NCBI GenBank assembly: GCA_045656605.1
Contig: JAZORO010000078.1
Coordinates: 564-64,563 of the forward strand
Length of the DNA: 64,000 nt
Direction of reading: 5' to 3'
From: Eubacteriales bacterium
GTDB lineage: Bacteria; Bacillota; Clostridia; Oscillospirales; CAG-272
In this document: positions 19,299 through 29,516 of the stretch, one piece after another
Numbering within the stretch: the first letter of the stretch is position 1
How the letters are laid out: each line of letters opens with the position of its first letter
The notes under the pieces: generated by a model
Told to the model about the DNA's origin: nothing
Databases searched by the model: none
What the model saw: the letters and a program-made list of their open reading frames with translations, nothing else
Translations under genes and position numbers: made by a program

Positions 19299-20267
19299 TT
19301 AATTCCTTTTGTTGTTTTCAATATTTCTTATCTTGTGGAATATGTATTGTTGGGCGTAGCCTGAGTATTCGCCGAAGCTAAGAGGATCGAGCTCGCCGCC
19401 AAAATATGTGTCGATAGCCTTTTTCATCCATACGTCTATCGGAAATGCTTCAAGATTATTGAATGCAAACAGAGCAACGCAGGAAGCTACCTTATCTCCG
19501 ACTCCCTTAATTTTCTTCAATTCCTCGAGAGTGAATGAGTATCTGCCTTCATTGCTTATTTTATGAAGATCAACGTCGCCGTTTTCAACCGCTGTCGCCG
19601 CATCGACGAGGTATTTGTATCTGAATCCGGGCTTTGAAGGAAGAAGCTTTTCCGGATGGGCGAGAACGTCCGATGAGCTGGGAAATGTATAGCATATTCC
19701 GCATTTTCTGCAATTATATTCGCACGGGGTATCACTAAAACCGGAGATAGGGCATTTCTTCTCTTTGTCTTTCTGTAAACAAAGATTTACACCGTATTCG
19801 ACGCATATTTCTCTTATAATTTTTCTGATCCTCGGGATATTGTTGTTTTGTGAGATGATAAAGCTGAAGAGCGTCTGCCAGGGGTCTTGCTTTAAAATCG
19901 CAATACCGGATGCTTCTTGCGCAGCACCACGTAACCATTCAGATTCAGTATGATCTTCAACGTATGATTTGATTTTGTTTAAATCAGTGTCGAGTGCGAA
20001 GAAGGGTCTCGCCACCTTCTCGAATATATCGTCTTCAATCTCGAAGAAAATAAGCTCTCCCACAGCTCTTTGCGCCACGTTAATTATGTATTCTCCGACG
20101 ACTATAACGTACTCGTCCACTCCGTCTGCAAAGGATGGCACGCTCTCGTATCTAAAGCACTGTCCGCACTCAAACGTGTCCTTTAAGCTATAGGAGCCGA
20201 GCCCTGTAACAACCAGCGCATCTCTTCCTGATATTTTGGTATAAGTTTTAGAAAACATTTTTGTCAA
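19299..20267 (-). CDS. ogg: 8-oxoguanine DNA glycosylase (Ogg1-type HhH-GPD) with a Cys-rich insertion
   Basis: 322 aa. HhH-GPD motif LKKIKGVGDKVASCVALFAF with the catalytic-type Lys, and PIDVWM Asp. Extra segment NLCLQKDKEKKCPISGFSDTPCEYNCRKCGIC. Confidence 0.75.
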   Translation of the reverse strand: MTKMFSKTYTKISGRDALVVTGLGSYSLKDTFECGQCFRYESVPSFADGVDEYVIVVGEYIINVAQRAVGELIFFEIEDDIFEKVARPFFALDTDLNKIKSYVEDHTESEWLRGAAQEASGIAILKQDPWQTLFSFIISQNNNIPRIRKIIREICVEYGVNLCLQKDKEKKCPISGFSDTPCEYNCRKCGICYTFPSSSDVLAHPEKLLPSKPGFRYKYLVDAATAVENGDVDLHKISNEGRYSFTLEELKKIKGVGDKVASCVALFAFNNLEAFPIDVWMKKAIDTYFGGELDPLSFGEYSGYAQQYIFHKIRNIENNKRN

Positions 20268-20274
20268 CTTCCTC

Positions 20275-20303
20275 TTGAAAAAAGGTGCTTTTTATAGTAT
20301 AAT
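20275..20303 (+). promoter_or_regulatory. putative sigma-A promoter
   Basis: TTGAAA at 20275-20280, 17-nt spacer, TATAAT at 20298-20303. Confidence 0.45.
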
Positions 20304-20377
20304 AGCCTTGAATAATACTTTTATATATATTTTACCATATATTTTGACTGTTTACAAGTCTTTTTTGGGAGGAACCG

Positions 20378-21091
20378 GTGGAACAAATCTACACCATACC
20401 CGTCAACGAGGCGTTCGACGCCTGCAAAGACAAGCCTGAGTGCGGTTGCCCTATATGCACGCTGTATAAGAGGCTTCAAGAGGATGAGCTCGATATTATA
20501 CTGGGCGCTTCTATGATGGAGCCCGACATAAGGATAAAGACTAATGAGCAGGGCTTCTGTCTCACTCATTATAACATGATGCTCAGCAGACGCCGTATGC
20601 TCGGTATGGGTCTGATGATGGAGAGCCATCTTGCAACGGTGAAGAAGCTTCTCGACGGACCTACCGTGCTCGGCAATAAGACGCAGGCGGCAGTTTCTGC
20701 TCTTGGAAAGCTGGAGGGTGAGTGCTACGTTTGCGGCAGGATAGAGAAAAATCTGTCGGCTATGATAGCTACGGTGGTCTATCTGTTTGAGACGGATCGC
20801 GACTTTGCGCTTAAAACAGCGGCTCAGCCCTGGTTCTGTCTGCCTCATTACAGAAGAATGGTGGACTATGCATCGAAAAAGATGCCGAAGAGAGTCTTCC
20901 GAGAGTTTTACGACACGGTTTATAAGGTGCAGAAAAAATATCTCGATACGCTAAGCGAGGACGTCAGTTGGTTTTGCAAGAAATTTGATTACAGGTATGA
21001 CGAGGAGCCGTGGTACAACTCCAAGGACTCGGTTAAGCGAGGCGTGAGGTTCCTCGGCGGATGCTTCGGCGAGGAAGAACAACGCAAGTAA
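20378..21091 (+). CDS. Cys-rich hypothetical protein with a duplicated CxxC...FCxxHY module (I believe DUF6062-like; unverified)
   Basis: 237 aa. GTG start after GGGAGG. Motifs CGCPIC ... FCLTHY and CYVCG ... FCLPHY. Confidence 0.65.
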   Translation: MEQIYTIPVNEAFDACKDKPECGCPICTLYKRLQEDELDIILGASMMEPDIRIKTNEQGFCLTHYNMMLSRRRMLGMGLMMESHLATVKKLLDGPTVLGNKTQAAVSALGKLEGECYVCGRIEKNLSAMIATVVYLFETDRDFALKTAAQPWFCLPHYRRMVDYASKKMPKRVFREFYDTVYKVQKKYLDTLSEDVSWFCKKFDYRYDEEPWYNSKDSVKRGVRFLGGCFGEEEQRK

Positions 21092-21126
21092 GGACGTACA
21101 TAGATAACACATTATGGAGGAACGGT

Positions 21127-23451
21127 ATGATTATTGAGAAAATCGACGTAAAAAGCTTTGGACTCATAAAGGATCTGACGCTTGAATTCTCGGAAACCGT
21201 AAATGTCATCGAAGGTGAGAATGAGGCGGGAAAGAGTACGATTGCCGCTTTCATCAGATATATGCTTTTTGGCTTCGAGGGCTTGGATAGCGATGATATA
21301 GTCAGCGAGAGAAAGAAGAGGATCAACTGGGATACGGGAGTTGCTCAGGGCTCGATGCAGGTCAGAGTGAAGGGTAAGAGTTACCTCATAACTCGCTCTA
21401 CCGTGCCGGTCTGCACTGCGTCTCAGAGAGAGAGCTATAAGGAAGAATCCTCCATCATAGACCTTGACACCGGCGCAACGGCATTTGGTAAGATGTCGGC
21501 GGGCGAGGTCTTCTTCGGCGTGGATAACGACCTTTATTCCAACACAGCCTTTGTCGGTCAGATAGGCGATTCGGCTATCAACGAGGGCTCTGTTAAGGAA
21601 TCTATTGAGAACATACTGTTCTCCGCATCCGAGGCGCTCAACAATCAGCGCGCGGCGGCGAAGGTAAGAGAGAAGATGCAGACGCTCTTGCATAATGAGG
21701 ACAGAGGCGGAGTTATAATGGATCTCATTGCAAAGCAGCAGGAGCTCGAGGGCGCTATGGAACGCTCATATGAGGATAATATGCAGGTGCTCGTAAAGGA
21801 GACCGAACTTTACCGCATTAGAAGCGAGAGACAGGAAGCAGAGGCGGCGCTTCATAAGTATTACGACGAGGATAACTGCTACAGGAACGTTATGCTCATA
21901 CAGACCTTCGATCAGCTGCACGAGCTTGAGGAGCAGTGTACAAGATGCTCGGAGGAGTATAACAGATTTATTGAAGAAAATACACACTCGGGATACGTGC
22001 CTACGGAAGGATATCTTACCGACATAGCCGTAGCTCGCAGAGGCGTTGACGATGCATACAGAGTGCTTGGCGATGCTGAGAGGGCTTACTCCAAGGAGAG
22101 GAGCGCAATAGGTATTACACGGGAGATAGAGGGTGCGATAGAGCTGTCTGATGAGCTCGGGGGAGAGGATAGAATTCTCTCGGATGCAAAATCCTATCAC
22201 GGCGGATTTGTCAAGAATCTTCTCTTTGGAATACTCTCCTCGCTCGGCGTCATAGCGGCGGTTGTATACGAGATAGTTGCAAAGGGAGCTCTTACGGATG
22301 CGCTGTTCAGAATACTTGTCGGCGCAGCGGGAGTTGCGGCACTGTCCGGTGCTGTAACATTTATACTTCTTATGTTTAAGGACAAAAAGTGTCTTAACAA
22401 CCTCGCTTCACGCTTTGGCGTTGCCGGGTACGGAAACCTTGTCGGCAAGATATCCGTTATAGCCGAAGCCAGAGCTAAGAGAGACGGCATGATTCATTCA
22501 ACCGAGAATGCCAGACTCGCACTGGATAAGGCGAGGGTAGATTACGATAATGCAAAGAGCGAGCTTACACGAGTAATCGTACGCTGGGGCGGCGAGCCTC
22601 CCGTAGGTTCGGCGGGCGACTATCTTGATAAGCTGGAGGCAAGAGTCACAGCCTTCCTTGAGAAAAAGCGTATTAAGCTCGAGGAGAAGTCTACTACCGA
22701 GCTTATGGTCAGAGAGATAAGAAGAACCCTCGCAGACAAGAATGAGATAGATATAAGAGGTCAGGTTCCCCCGCTTAAGAGAAAGTCTATGGCGGCTATA
22801 AACCACGACGATATCATCACCGGCATTGCCGCAAACAAGGCGAAGATTGCCGAGCAGGACAGACTCGCCTTTGCGGTAGAAAACGAGCTTATGGCTCTCA
22901 AATCTAGGTCGGGTGACCCCGGTGAATATTACGTAAGAATAAAGGGACTTGAAGAAAGAATAGAAGAGTTAAAAAAGAAGCACAAAGCGTACTACGTCGC
23001 TCTTAAGACTATCGAGGGCGCATCCGAAAATCTCAGAGCGGGTATATCCCCGAGGCTCGGAGAATATGCGACCGGGCTTATGAGCATTATGACGGATAAG
23101 AAGTATTCCGATTTTGACGTATCCGACGGTCTTAAGGTTACTTATACTACCGAGAACGGTGAGAAAAAATCGGTGGACTTCCTTTCGGGCGGAACGAGAG
23201 ACCTTGCATACATTGCTGTAAGAATGGCTCTTATGGATATGCTTTACTCCGAGAAGCCCCCGATGTGCTTCGACGAGAGCTTTGCGCATCAGGACAACAA
23301 CAGGGCGAGAGCTATGATGAAGGCTCTGTGCCACCTGGCGGGCGAGGGATACCAGAGCTTCGTATTTACCTGCCGAGGAAGAGAGGCCGTGCTCGCTAAG
23401 GAGCTAATAGAGAGCGCAGGTGTATATAAGCTTTCTCTTTCGGAAGCTTGA
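21127..23451 (+). CDS. Rad50/SbcC-like AAA ATPase (YhaN-like) with two central hydrophobic helices
   Basis: ATG at 21127 after GGAGG. Walker A GENEAGKST, long coiled-coil region, hydrophobic segments LLFGILSSLGVIAAVVYEIV and ILVGAAGVAALSGAVTFILLMF, signature LSGGTRD, Walker B PPMCFDESF. Confidence 0.8.
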   Translation: MIIEKIDVKSFGLIKDLTLEFSETVNVIEGENEAGKSTIAAFIRYMLFGFEGLDSDDIVSERKKRINWDTGVAQGSMQVRVKGKSYLITRSTVPVCTASQRESYKEESSIIDLDTGATAFGKMSAGEVFFGVDNDLYSNTAFVGQIGDSAINEGSVKESIENILFSASEALNNQRAAAKVREKMQTLLHNEDRGGVIMDLIAKQQELEGAMERSYEDNMQVLVKETELYRIRSERQEAEAALHKYYDEDNCYRNVMLIQTFDQLHELEEQCTRCSEEYNRFIEENTHSGYVPTEGYLTDIAVARRGVDDAYRVLGDAERAYSKERSAIGITREIEGAIELSDELGGEDRILSDAKSYHGGFVKNLLFGILSSLGVIAAVVYEIVAKGALTDALFRILVGAAGVAALSGAVTFILLMFKDKKCLNNLASRFGVAGYGNLVGKISVIAEARAKRDGMIHSTENARLALDKARVDYDNAKSELTRVIVRWGGEPPVGSAGDYLDKLEARVTAFLEKKRIKLEEKSTTELMVREIRRTLADKNEIDIRGQVPPLKRKSMAAINHDDIITGIAANKAKIAEQDRLAFAVENELMALKSRSGDPGEYYVRIKGLEERIEELKKKHKAYYVALKTIEGASENLRAGISPRLGEYATGLMSIMTDKKYSDFDVSDGLKVTYTTENGEKKSVDFLSGGTRDLAYIAVRMALMDMLYSEKPPMCFDESFAHQDNNRARAMMKALCHLAGEGYQSFVFTCRGREAVLAKELIESAGVYKLSLSEA

Positions 23452-23480
23452 TTAGTGTTAACAACTTTTTGAGGTGAAAA

Positions 23481-24416
23481 ATGTCTAAGAAAAAAGTATT
23501 GATTATAGGCAGCGCAAATATGGATCTGTCTATGAATATGTATAAGGTTCCCGCTCCGGGCGAGACGGTTATTGACGACGGCGGCGTGGCTTATATACCG
23601 GGCGGTAAGGGCGCCAATTCTGCGGTAGCTCTTGCGAAGCTCGGCGCTGAATGTGTGTTTGCGGCTAAGCTCGGAAAGGATTTGCACGGTCAGAGGCTCT
23701 ACCAGTATTACAAGGATTTGGGTATCAATACCTCTTACATAAAGGTAGACAGCGAGAATCCCACGGGACTTGCCGTAGTAATGCGCGAGGGTGACGGAAC
23801 GAACAGGATAGTCGTATATCCCGGAGCAAATGCGCATCTCGGTGTAGATAACGTCGCAGAGGCCTTCGAGTGTGAGCCGGATGCAGTGTATCTCGGATTT
23901 GAGATACCCTTTAATATAGCTCTCGCCGCAGCCAAAATAGCCGAGTCGAAGAATATTCCCATCTTCATTGATGCGGCTCCTGCGGATAAGAGCTATCAGC
24001 TGGAGAGTCTGCCTCCTGTCGAGATATTCTCTCCTAACGAGACGGAGACCCTGGAGTATACGGGAATCAAGCCTCTTGGCGCAGACGCATCCTTGAGAGC
24101 GGCTCTTGCACTTTACAAGAGAGTTAAGTGCAAGTACATAGTTATAAAGCAGGGCGAGAGGGGCGCATTTGTTTACGACGGTAAGCGTTACTTCTTTGCG
24201 CCGGCTATGCACGCAGGTAAGGCGGTAGATACCACCGCTGCAGGAGACGCTTTTACTGCGGCTACCACCATACAGTATTTGCGCAACGGATTTGATATAA
24301 AGGATGCGGTTGCATACGGTACAGCGGCAGGCGCTATTACCGTCACCCGTCCCGGAGCTTCATCCTCTATCCCCACCGAGGAAGAGGTCTTGGAGCTTCT
24401 TAAGAATGCAGACTGA
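23481..24416 (+). CDS. rbsK: ribokinase
   Basis: 311 aa. PfkB family motifs GGKGANSAVA and DTTAAGDAFTAA. Confidence 0.85.
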   Translation: MSKKKVLIIGSANMDLSMNMYKVPAPGETVIDDGGVAYIPGGKGANSAVALAKLGAECVFAAKLGKDLHGQRLYQYYKDLGINTSYIKVDSENPTGLAVVMREGDGTNRIVVYPGANAHLGVDNVAEAFECEPDAVYLGFEIPFNIALAAAKIAESKNIPIFIDAAPADKSYQLESLPPVEIFSPNETETLEYTGIKPLGADASLRAALALYKRVKCKYIVIKQGERGAFVYDGKRYFFAPAMHAGKAVDTTAAGDAFTAATTIQYLRNGFDIKDAVAYGTAAGAITVTRPGASSSIPTEEEVLELLKNAD

Positions 24417-24472
24417 GCGAGCTAAACGAATAAAAAAACCAGCTAAATAACAGGGAAAGAAGGTATTCGGAG

Positions 24473-25405
24473 TTGAATTATAATTTAAATACGCTTACGT
24501 TTCCATCGTCCGACGGGGTAAACACCGTCTATGCAGAGATTTATACTCCGAAGCACTGTACTGCCAAGGGGATAGTACAGCTTTCTCACGGTATGATAGA
24601 TTATACGGGCAGGTACAAGGAGCTTGCAGACTATCTTACCGCACACGGGTATATTTTTGCCGGTCATCATCATCTCGGCCACGGTAAGACGGCTGCGACA
24701 AGGGATGATCTCGGCTTCTTCGCAAACGAGGGCGGTTACGATTACGTCATCAGGGACGTACACACTATGAACCGTCAATTGCATCAGAGTTTTCCTACGC
24801 TTCCGGTGATACTTCTCGGTCACAGTATGGGCTCGTTTATTGCGAGAATTTATGCAACTATGCATCCGCACCACATACAGGGACTTGTTATCCACGGTAC
24901 GGGCGGTCCGAATCCTATGGTTGGTATGGGATGCACGCTTGCAAAGATTATCAAGAAGCTTTACGGAGCACGCCATAGAAGCGAATTCATAAGGAAGCTC
25001 GCCTTCGGCGGATACAACAAGCGTTTCCCGAAGTCCGAGGGAGAATGGGCTTGGCTCACTCGTGATCTTGAGACTGTGAAGGACAGAGATACCGATGAGT
25101 ATACGTCTTTCACGTTTACGACCTCAGCATATATAGATTTGTTTAATTTTCTCGGAGCATCCAACTCAAAGGATTGGTTTGAAAATTATCCGAAGGATAT
25201 GCCGACGCTCATTATGAGCGGTGACGCCGACCCGGTAGGCGACTACGGAAAAGGACCGAAACTTATATACAAGAAGCTTATGATAGAGGGCTGCACGGCG
25301 CTCGAGATGAAGATGTACGAGGGCGCAAGGCACGAGCTGTTCAATGAGACGAACAGAGAAGAGGTCTTCTCTGACCTTGTCGCTTGGCTCGACGGAGTGA
25401 GATGA
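24473..25405 (+). CDS. alpha/beta hydrolase (lysophospholipase / monoacylglycerol lipase-like)
   Basis: 310 aa. Nucleophile elbow GHSMGS, HG oxyanion motif LSHGM. Confidence 0.8.
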   Translation: MNYNLNTLTFPSSDGVNTVYAEIYTPKHCTAKGIVQLSHGMIDYTGRYKELADYLTAHGYIFAGHHHLGHGKTAATRDDLGFFANEGGYDYVIRDVHTMNRQLHQSFPTLPVILLGHSMGSFIARIYATMHPHHIQGLVIHGTGGPNPMVGMGCTLAKIIKKLYGARHRSEFIRKLAFGGYNKRFPKSEGEWAWLTRDLETVKDRDTDEYTSFTFTTSAYIDLFNFLGASNSKDWFENYPKDMPTLIMSGDADPVGDYGKGPKLIYKKLMIEGCTALEMKMYEGARHELFNETNREEVFSDLVAWLDGVR

Positions 25406-26367
25406 TGCTGAATGCTCTGGCACTGGTAGGACCTACCGCCTCGGGCAAGACCGCCCTGTCGCTCCATATAGCAACCGAGCTCGGCTGTGAGATAATATCC
25501 TGCGATTCTATGCAGATATATAAGTATATGGATATAGGCACGGCAAAGGCGACTGCGGATGAGCGTAAGTGCGTTAAGCATCATATGATTGACTTTCTGT
25601 CTCCGCTTGAGGGATACAGCGCTGAGGAATACAGGAAGGATGCAGAGGCGGTCGCAGCCGATATAACCGCAAGGGGAAAGCTACCCTTGTTCGTAGGCGG
25701 TACGGGGTTATATATAGACACTGTTATGCGCGGCGCCGTCCAGGATTCGCCATCGTTCGACCCGATTGTGCGGGATAGGCTTAAGGCGATTTCGGAGAGT
25801 GAGGGCGGAGCGCTCGCCTTGTGGAAGAGATTATCCGAGGTTGACCCCGTGTCGTCCGAACTGATTCATATGAATAATGTGAAAAGGGTCATCAGAGCTC
25901 TTGAAATATACGAGCTTACCGGTAAACCGAAGTCTTACTTCGATGAATGCTCGAAGAAAATCAAAAGCAATATAAAAGTGAAAATGATTTCTCTCGATTT
26001 TCACAACAGAGAGAATCTATATAAGAGAGTTGACTCCCGAGTTGACGATATGATTTCGGCGGGGCTTGTCGACGAGGCTCGCAGGCTTTATTCCGAAGGA
26101 TTTTTGAAGGACGGGACTACGGCAGCATCGGCAATCGGGTATAAGGAGCTATATCCTTATCTACTCGGAGAATGCTCCTTGGAAGAAGCCGTCGAACAGA
26201 TAAAGCTCTCTACGAGGCGCTATGCCAAGCGCCAGCTGACCTGGTTCAGACACGAGGCGGGGGCTGAGAAGCTTTACCTGGATTCTGAGGAAGGCACTTT
26301 GAAGGATATGAAGACGGTGAAGATCGAGGCTGTTGCTTTGGCAGAGAGCCTAGTCAGAGAATTTTAA
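25402..26367 (+). CDS. miaA: tRNA dimethylallyltransferase
   Basis: ATG at 25402 overlaps the upstream stop. P-loop GPTASGKT, SCDSMQIY, GTAK motifs. Confidence 0.9.
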   Translation: MMLNALALVGPTASGKTALSLHIATELGCEIISCDSMQIYKYMDIGTAKATADERKCVKHHMIDFLSPLEGYSAEEYRKDAEAVAADITARGKLPLFVGGTGLYIDTVMRGAVQDSPSFDPIVRDRLKAISESEGGALALWKRLSEVDPVSSELIHMNNVKRVIRALEIYELTGKPKSYFDECSKKIKSNIKVKMISLDFHNRENLYKRVDSRVDDMISAGLVDEARRLYSEGFLKDGTTAASAIGYKELYPYLLGECSLEEAVEQIKLSTRRYAKRQLTWFRHEAGAEKLYLDSEEGTLKDMKTVKIEAVALAESLVREF

Positions 26368-26394
26368 AAAAATACATTAAAATACAGGTGAAAA

Positions 26395-27666
26395 ATGAAA
26401 TCAACCGATTTGAAGAAGGCGCTCAGAGAGGGCGCTTTTGAAAAGTATTCAGCTCTTTATAACGATATTGACGCACAGACCGAGAGATTTATAAAGGCGA
26501 TAGAAGCATTTGAGGTCAGGTTCGGATCTGATAGGGACGTGATGATCCTATCCGTGCCGGGCAGAAGCGAAATATGCGGAAACCACACCGACCACAATCT
26601 CGGCAGAGTTCTGGCGGGTGCGATAAACCGTGATGTGATTGCAGTAGCTTCTCCGAATAGCGAGAAGAAAATTTGCATTCTGTCCGAGGGATTCGGCGAG
26701 GACGAGGTATGTATTGACGATATAGCTGATAAGAGTAATTTCGAAAGCTACAGCTCACGCTCCATTATAGGCGGTATGGCTTACGCTATATCCGAAAAGG
26801 GGTACAGTGTAGGAGGATTTGACGCTTATACCACGACCGAGGTGCTGAAGGGCAGCGGACTTTCCTCTTCTGCGGCGTTTGAGGTGCTGGTAGGAAGTAT
26901 TATCAACCACCTTTATGCCGGCGGGAAGATAAACAATAAGGATATCGCTATAATTGCGCAGTATGCTGAGAATGAGTACTTCGGTAAGCCCTGCGGTCTT
27001 ATGGATCAGATGGCGTGCGCTGTAGGGGGATTTGTGTATATAGATTTTAAAGACCCCAAGAAGCCTGAGGTAATCTCTATAGAGCCGACCATCAAGGAGA
27101 GCGGATTCTCTCTTTGCATCATTAATACGGGCGGCAATCACGCTGACTTAAACGAGGATTACGCCTCTATACCCAGAGAGATGAAGGCCGTGGCGAGGGA
27201 GCTCGGCAGGGATGCGCTCAGAGGTCTGTCGGAGGATGAGATTATAGCCGCTATACCGGCGCTGAGAGGGACGGTGGGAGACAGAGCTATACTCAGGTCT
27301 TTACATTTCGTGAGAGAAAACGACAGAGTTACCGTAGCAAGAGACGCTCTCGCATCCTGCGATATACAGAGATTCTTCCGCATTCTTAAGGAGTCGGGCC
27401 GCTCTTCGTTTGAGTATCTTCAAAACGTATATACAAATACAAACGTAAAGGAGCAGGGACTTTCGCTTGCGCTGGCTGTTGCCGACGGATATCTTGGCGA
27501 CATAGGAGCATACAGAGTGCACGGAGGCGGATTTGCAGGTACAGTGCAGGTGTTCTTGCCCTCGGGAGTACTTAAGGACTTCTGCTCCGCTATGGATGCA
27601 ATTTTCGGCGAGGGAGCGGCGATGCCTCTCGATATCCGTCCTGCAGGAGCTATCAGATTGTTTTAA
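26395..27666 (+). CDS. galK: galactokinase-family GHMP kinase
   Basis: 423 aa. PGRSEICGNHTDH and GSGLSSSAAFEV motifs. No galT or galE nearby, so substrate is uncertain. Confidence 0.7.
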   Translation: MKSTDLKKALREGAFEKYSALYNDIDAQTERFIKAIEAFEVRFGSDRDVMILSVPGRSEICGNHTDHNLGRVLAGAINRDVIAVASPNSEKKICILSEGFGEDEVCIDDIADKSNFESYSSRSIIGGMAYAISEKGYSVGGFDAYTTTEVLKGSGLSSSAAFEVLVGSIINHLYAGGKINNKDIAIIAQYAENEYFGKPCGLMDQMACAVGGFVYIDFKDPKKPEVISIEPTIKESGFSLCIINTGGNHADLNEDYASIPREMKAVARELGRDALRGLSEDEIIAAIPALRGTVGDRAILRSLHFVRENDRVTVARDALASCDIQRFFRILKESGRSSFEYLQNVYTNTNVKEQGLSLALAVADGYLGDIGAYRVHGGGFAGTVQVFLPSGVLKDFCSAMDAIFGEGAAMPLDIRPAGAIRLF

Positions 27667-27738
27667 GACTAGCAGTCCTTTTTATAGGACATCTGTGAGT
27701 GTAAAATAAGGGTGTAAAAAACAACGGAGGAAAATAAA

Positions 27739-28836
27739 ATGGCAAAAAAGGCAATGGCAACTGTTGAAAAGAACGCAACTTCGGATAAAAAGGCGGCTCT
27801 TGAAACTGTAATATCGAGAATAGAGAGAGAATGCGGCAAGGGCTCTATAATGAGGCTCGGAGAGAATTCGGCAATGAACGTATCTGCGGTCTCTACAGGC
27901 TCTTTGTCTCTTGACTTTGCTCTTGGTGTCGGCGGAATTCCGAGAGGCAGAATTACGGAGATCTACGGCCCTGAGTCTTCCGGTAAGACGACAATAGCTT
28001 TGCACGTTATCGCAGAGGTGCAGAAGCAGGGTGGAGAAGCGGCGTTTATCGACGCAGAGCACGCTCTTGACCCCGTGTATGCGAAGCATCTCGGCGTTGA
28101 TATCAACAATCTTCTCGTATCTCAGCCCGATTGTGGCGAGCAGGCGCTCGAGATAGCTGAGACTCTCGTAAACTCCGGTGCTATTGACATAATAGTAATA
28201 GATTCGGTAGCGGCTCTTGTTCCAAGACAGGAGATAGAGGGAGATATGGGTGCGAGCCACGTGGGAGTGCAGGCAAGACTTATGTCGCAGGCTATGAGAA
28301 AGCTCTCGGGCTCTATTGCGCGTTCCAACTGCATTGTTATCTTCACAAACCAGCTTCGTGAGAAGGTCGGCGTGATGTACGGCAACCCCGAGGTTACAAC
28401 GGGCGGTAAGGCGCTCAAGTTCTACGCATCCGTACGTATCGACGTGAGAAGAGTAGAGTCCTTGAAAAACGGCTCTGAGGTTTACGGTGCCCATACAAAG
28501 TGCAAGGTAGTTAAGAATAAGGTTGCGCCCCCCTTCAAAACCGCAGAATTCGATATACTTTACGGCTCGGGAATTTCCAAGTCCTCGGAGATTATTGATA
28601 TGGCGATTCAGCTCGAGATAATCGAGAAGAGCGGTGCTTGGTTCTATTACGAGGGAGAGAGGCTCGGACAGGGTAAGGACAACGTAAGAAAGTTCATAGA
28701 GTCGGATAAGGACTTTATGGATAAGCTAGAGGTGAAGATAAGAGATAAGGTGAAGAACATCGCCGACACAGACGCCGTGGCTGATGACTTTGACCTTTCC
28801 GACCTTGATGAGGGCGATGATCTTTCCGACCTTTAA
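27739..28836 (+). CDS. recA: recombinase RecA
   Basis: 365 aa. GPESSGKTT Walker [20 protein letters not shown]-type motifs. Acidic C-terminal tail. Confidence 0.97.
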   Translation: MAKKAMATVEKNATSDKKAALETVISRIERECGKGSIMRLGENSAMNVSAVSTGSLSLDFALGVGGIPRGRITEIYGPESSGKTTIALHVIAEVQKQGGEAAFIDAEHALDPVYAKHLGVDINNLLVSQPDCGEQALEIAETLVNSGAIDIIVIDSVAALVPRQEIEGDMGASHVGVQARLMSQAMRKLSGSIARSNCIVIFTNQLREKVGVMYGNPEVTTGGKALKFYASVRIDVRRVESLKNGSEVYGAHTKCKVVKNKVAPPFKTAEFDILYGSGISKSSEIIDMAIQLEIIEKSGAWFYYEGERLGQGKDNVRKFIESDKDFMDKLEVKIRDKVKNIADTDAVADDFDLSDLDEGDDLSDL

Positions 28837-28919
28837 TAGCCGGCTTTGATAATAAAATGCAGTAGCGCCCACACGGTAATCGAGGGCGCTACTCTTTGAT
28901 AGATTGGAGGGAAGGGCAG

Positions 28920-29501
28920 ATGCGTGTTAAGTTTGTTCGCTTTTCTGACAAGGGCAGAGTTACGGTCGGTATAGAAAACGACGGACAGAAGCCGAAGCTT
29001 TACAATATAAGCCAAGAAACCTATCACGGTGTAGATGAGCCGAGGGCAGGAGTTGTGCTTGACGGGTGCTCATACGAGATGATAGCCTCTGATGATGAGA
29101 AATACAGAGCTATGAAAAAGGCGTTGTCTTTGCTTGCCTATGCCGATAACAATAAGGCTACTCTGTATGCGAAGCTCGTACGTGCGGGCTTTAGAAGAGA
29201 CTCGGCGAGCGAAGCAGTGCGGCGTTGCCTTGAGCTGGGATACGTGGACGAGCACAGTCAGCTTCTGAGACTTGTGGCAAGAGAAGCTAATCAAGGCTTG
29301 AAGGGACCCGTGTATATAAAACGCAAGCTTATCGCACGTGGATATAAGGCGGCTGATATAGACAGAGCTATACGTGAGCTGACCGAGCTTTGCGAGATAG
29401 ATTTCTCTGAGTCTTTTGCAAGACTTCAGGAAAAAAACGGGGTAACAGACCCCGAGGAGCTTCTAAAGCTGAGGATGAAGAACGGATTTATTGAAGTATA
29501 A
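28920..29501 (+). CDS. recX: recombination regulator RecX
   Basis: ATG at 28920 after GGAGGGAAGGG. Three-helix repeat pattern (LYAKLVRAGFRRDSASEAVRRCLELGYVDE, KRKLIARGYKAADIDRAIREL). Position after recA. Confidence 0.8.
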   Translation: MRVKFVRFSDKGRVTVGIENDGQKPKLYNISQETYHGVDEPRAGVVLDGCSYEMIASDDEKYRAMKKALSLLAYADNNKATLYAKLVRAGFRRDSASEAVRRCLELGYVDEHSQLLRLVAREANQGLKGPVYIKRKLIARGYKAADIDRAIRELTELCEIDFSESFARLQEKNGVTDPEELLKLRMKNGFIEV

Positions 29502-29516
29502 GCTAAAAAATTAATA

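Noticed and set aside
21061-21126. 22-codon N-terminal extension of the Rad50-like ATPase ORF
   Set aside because: It overlaps the upstream gene. The internal ATG at 21127 is preceded by GGAGG and starts the canonical MIIEKI...G.N..GKST N-terminus.
23289-24212. 307-aa ORF antisense to rbsK, and similarly 27682-28494 antisense to recA
   Set aside because: They lie opposite genes with unmistakable family motifs. No independent support.
27667-27738. Searched for a LexA (Cheo-type GAAC-N4-GTTC) box upstream of recA
   Set aside because: No GAAC/GTTC dyad is present in the 72-bp spacer, so no SOS operator is reported here.
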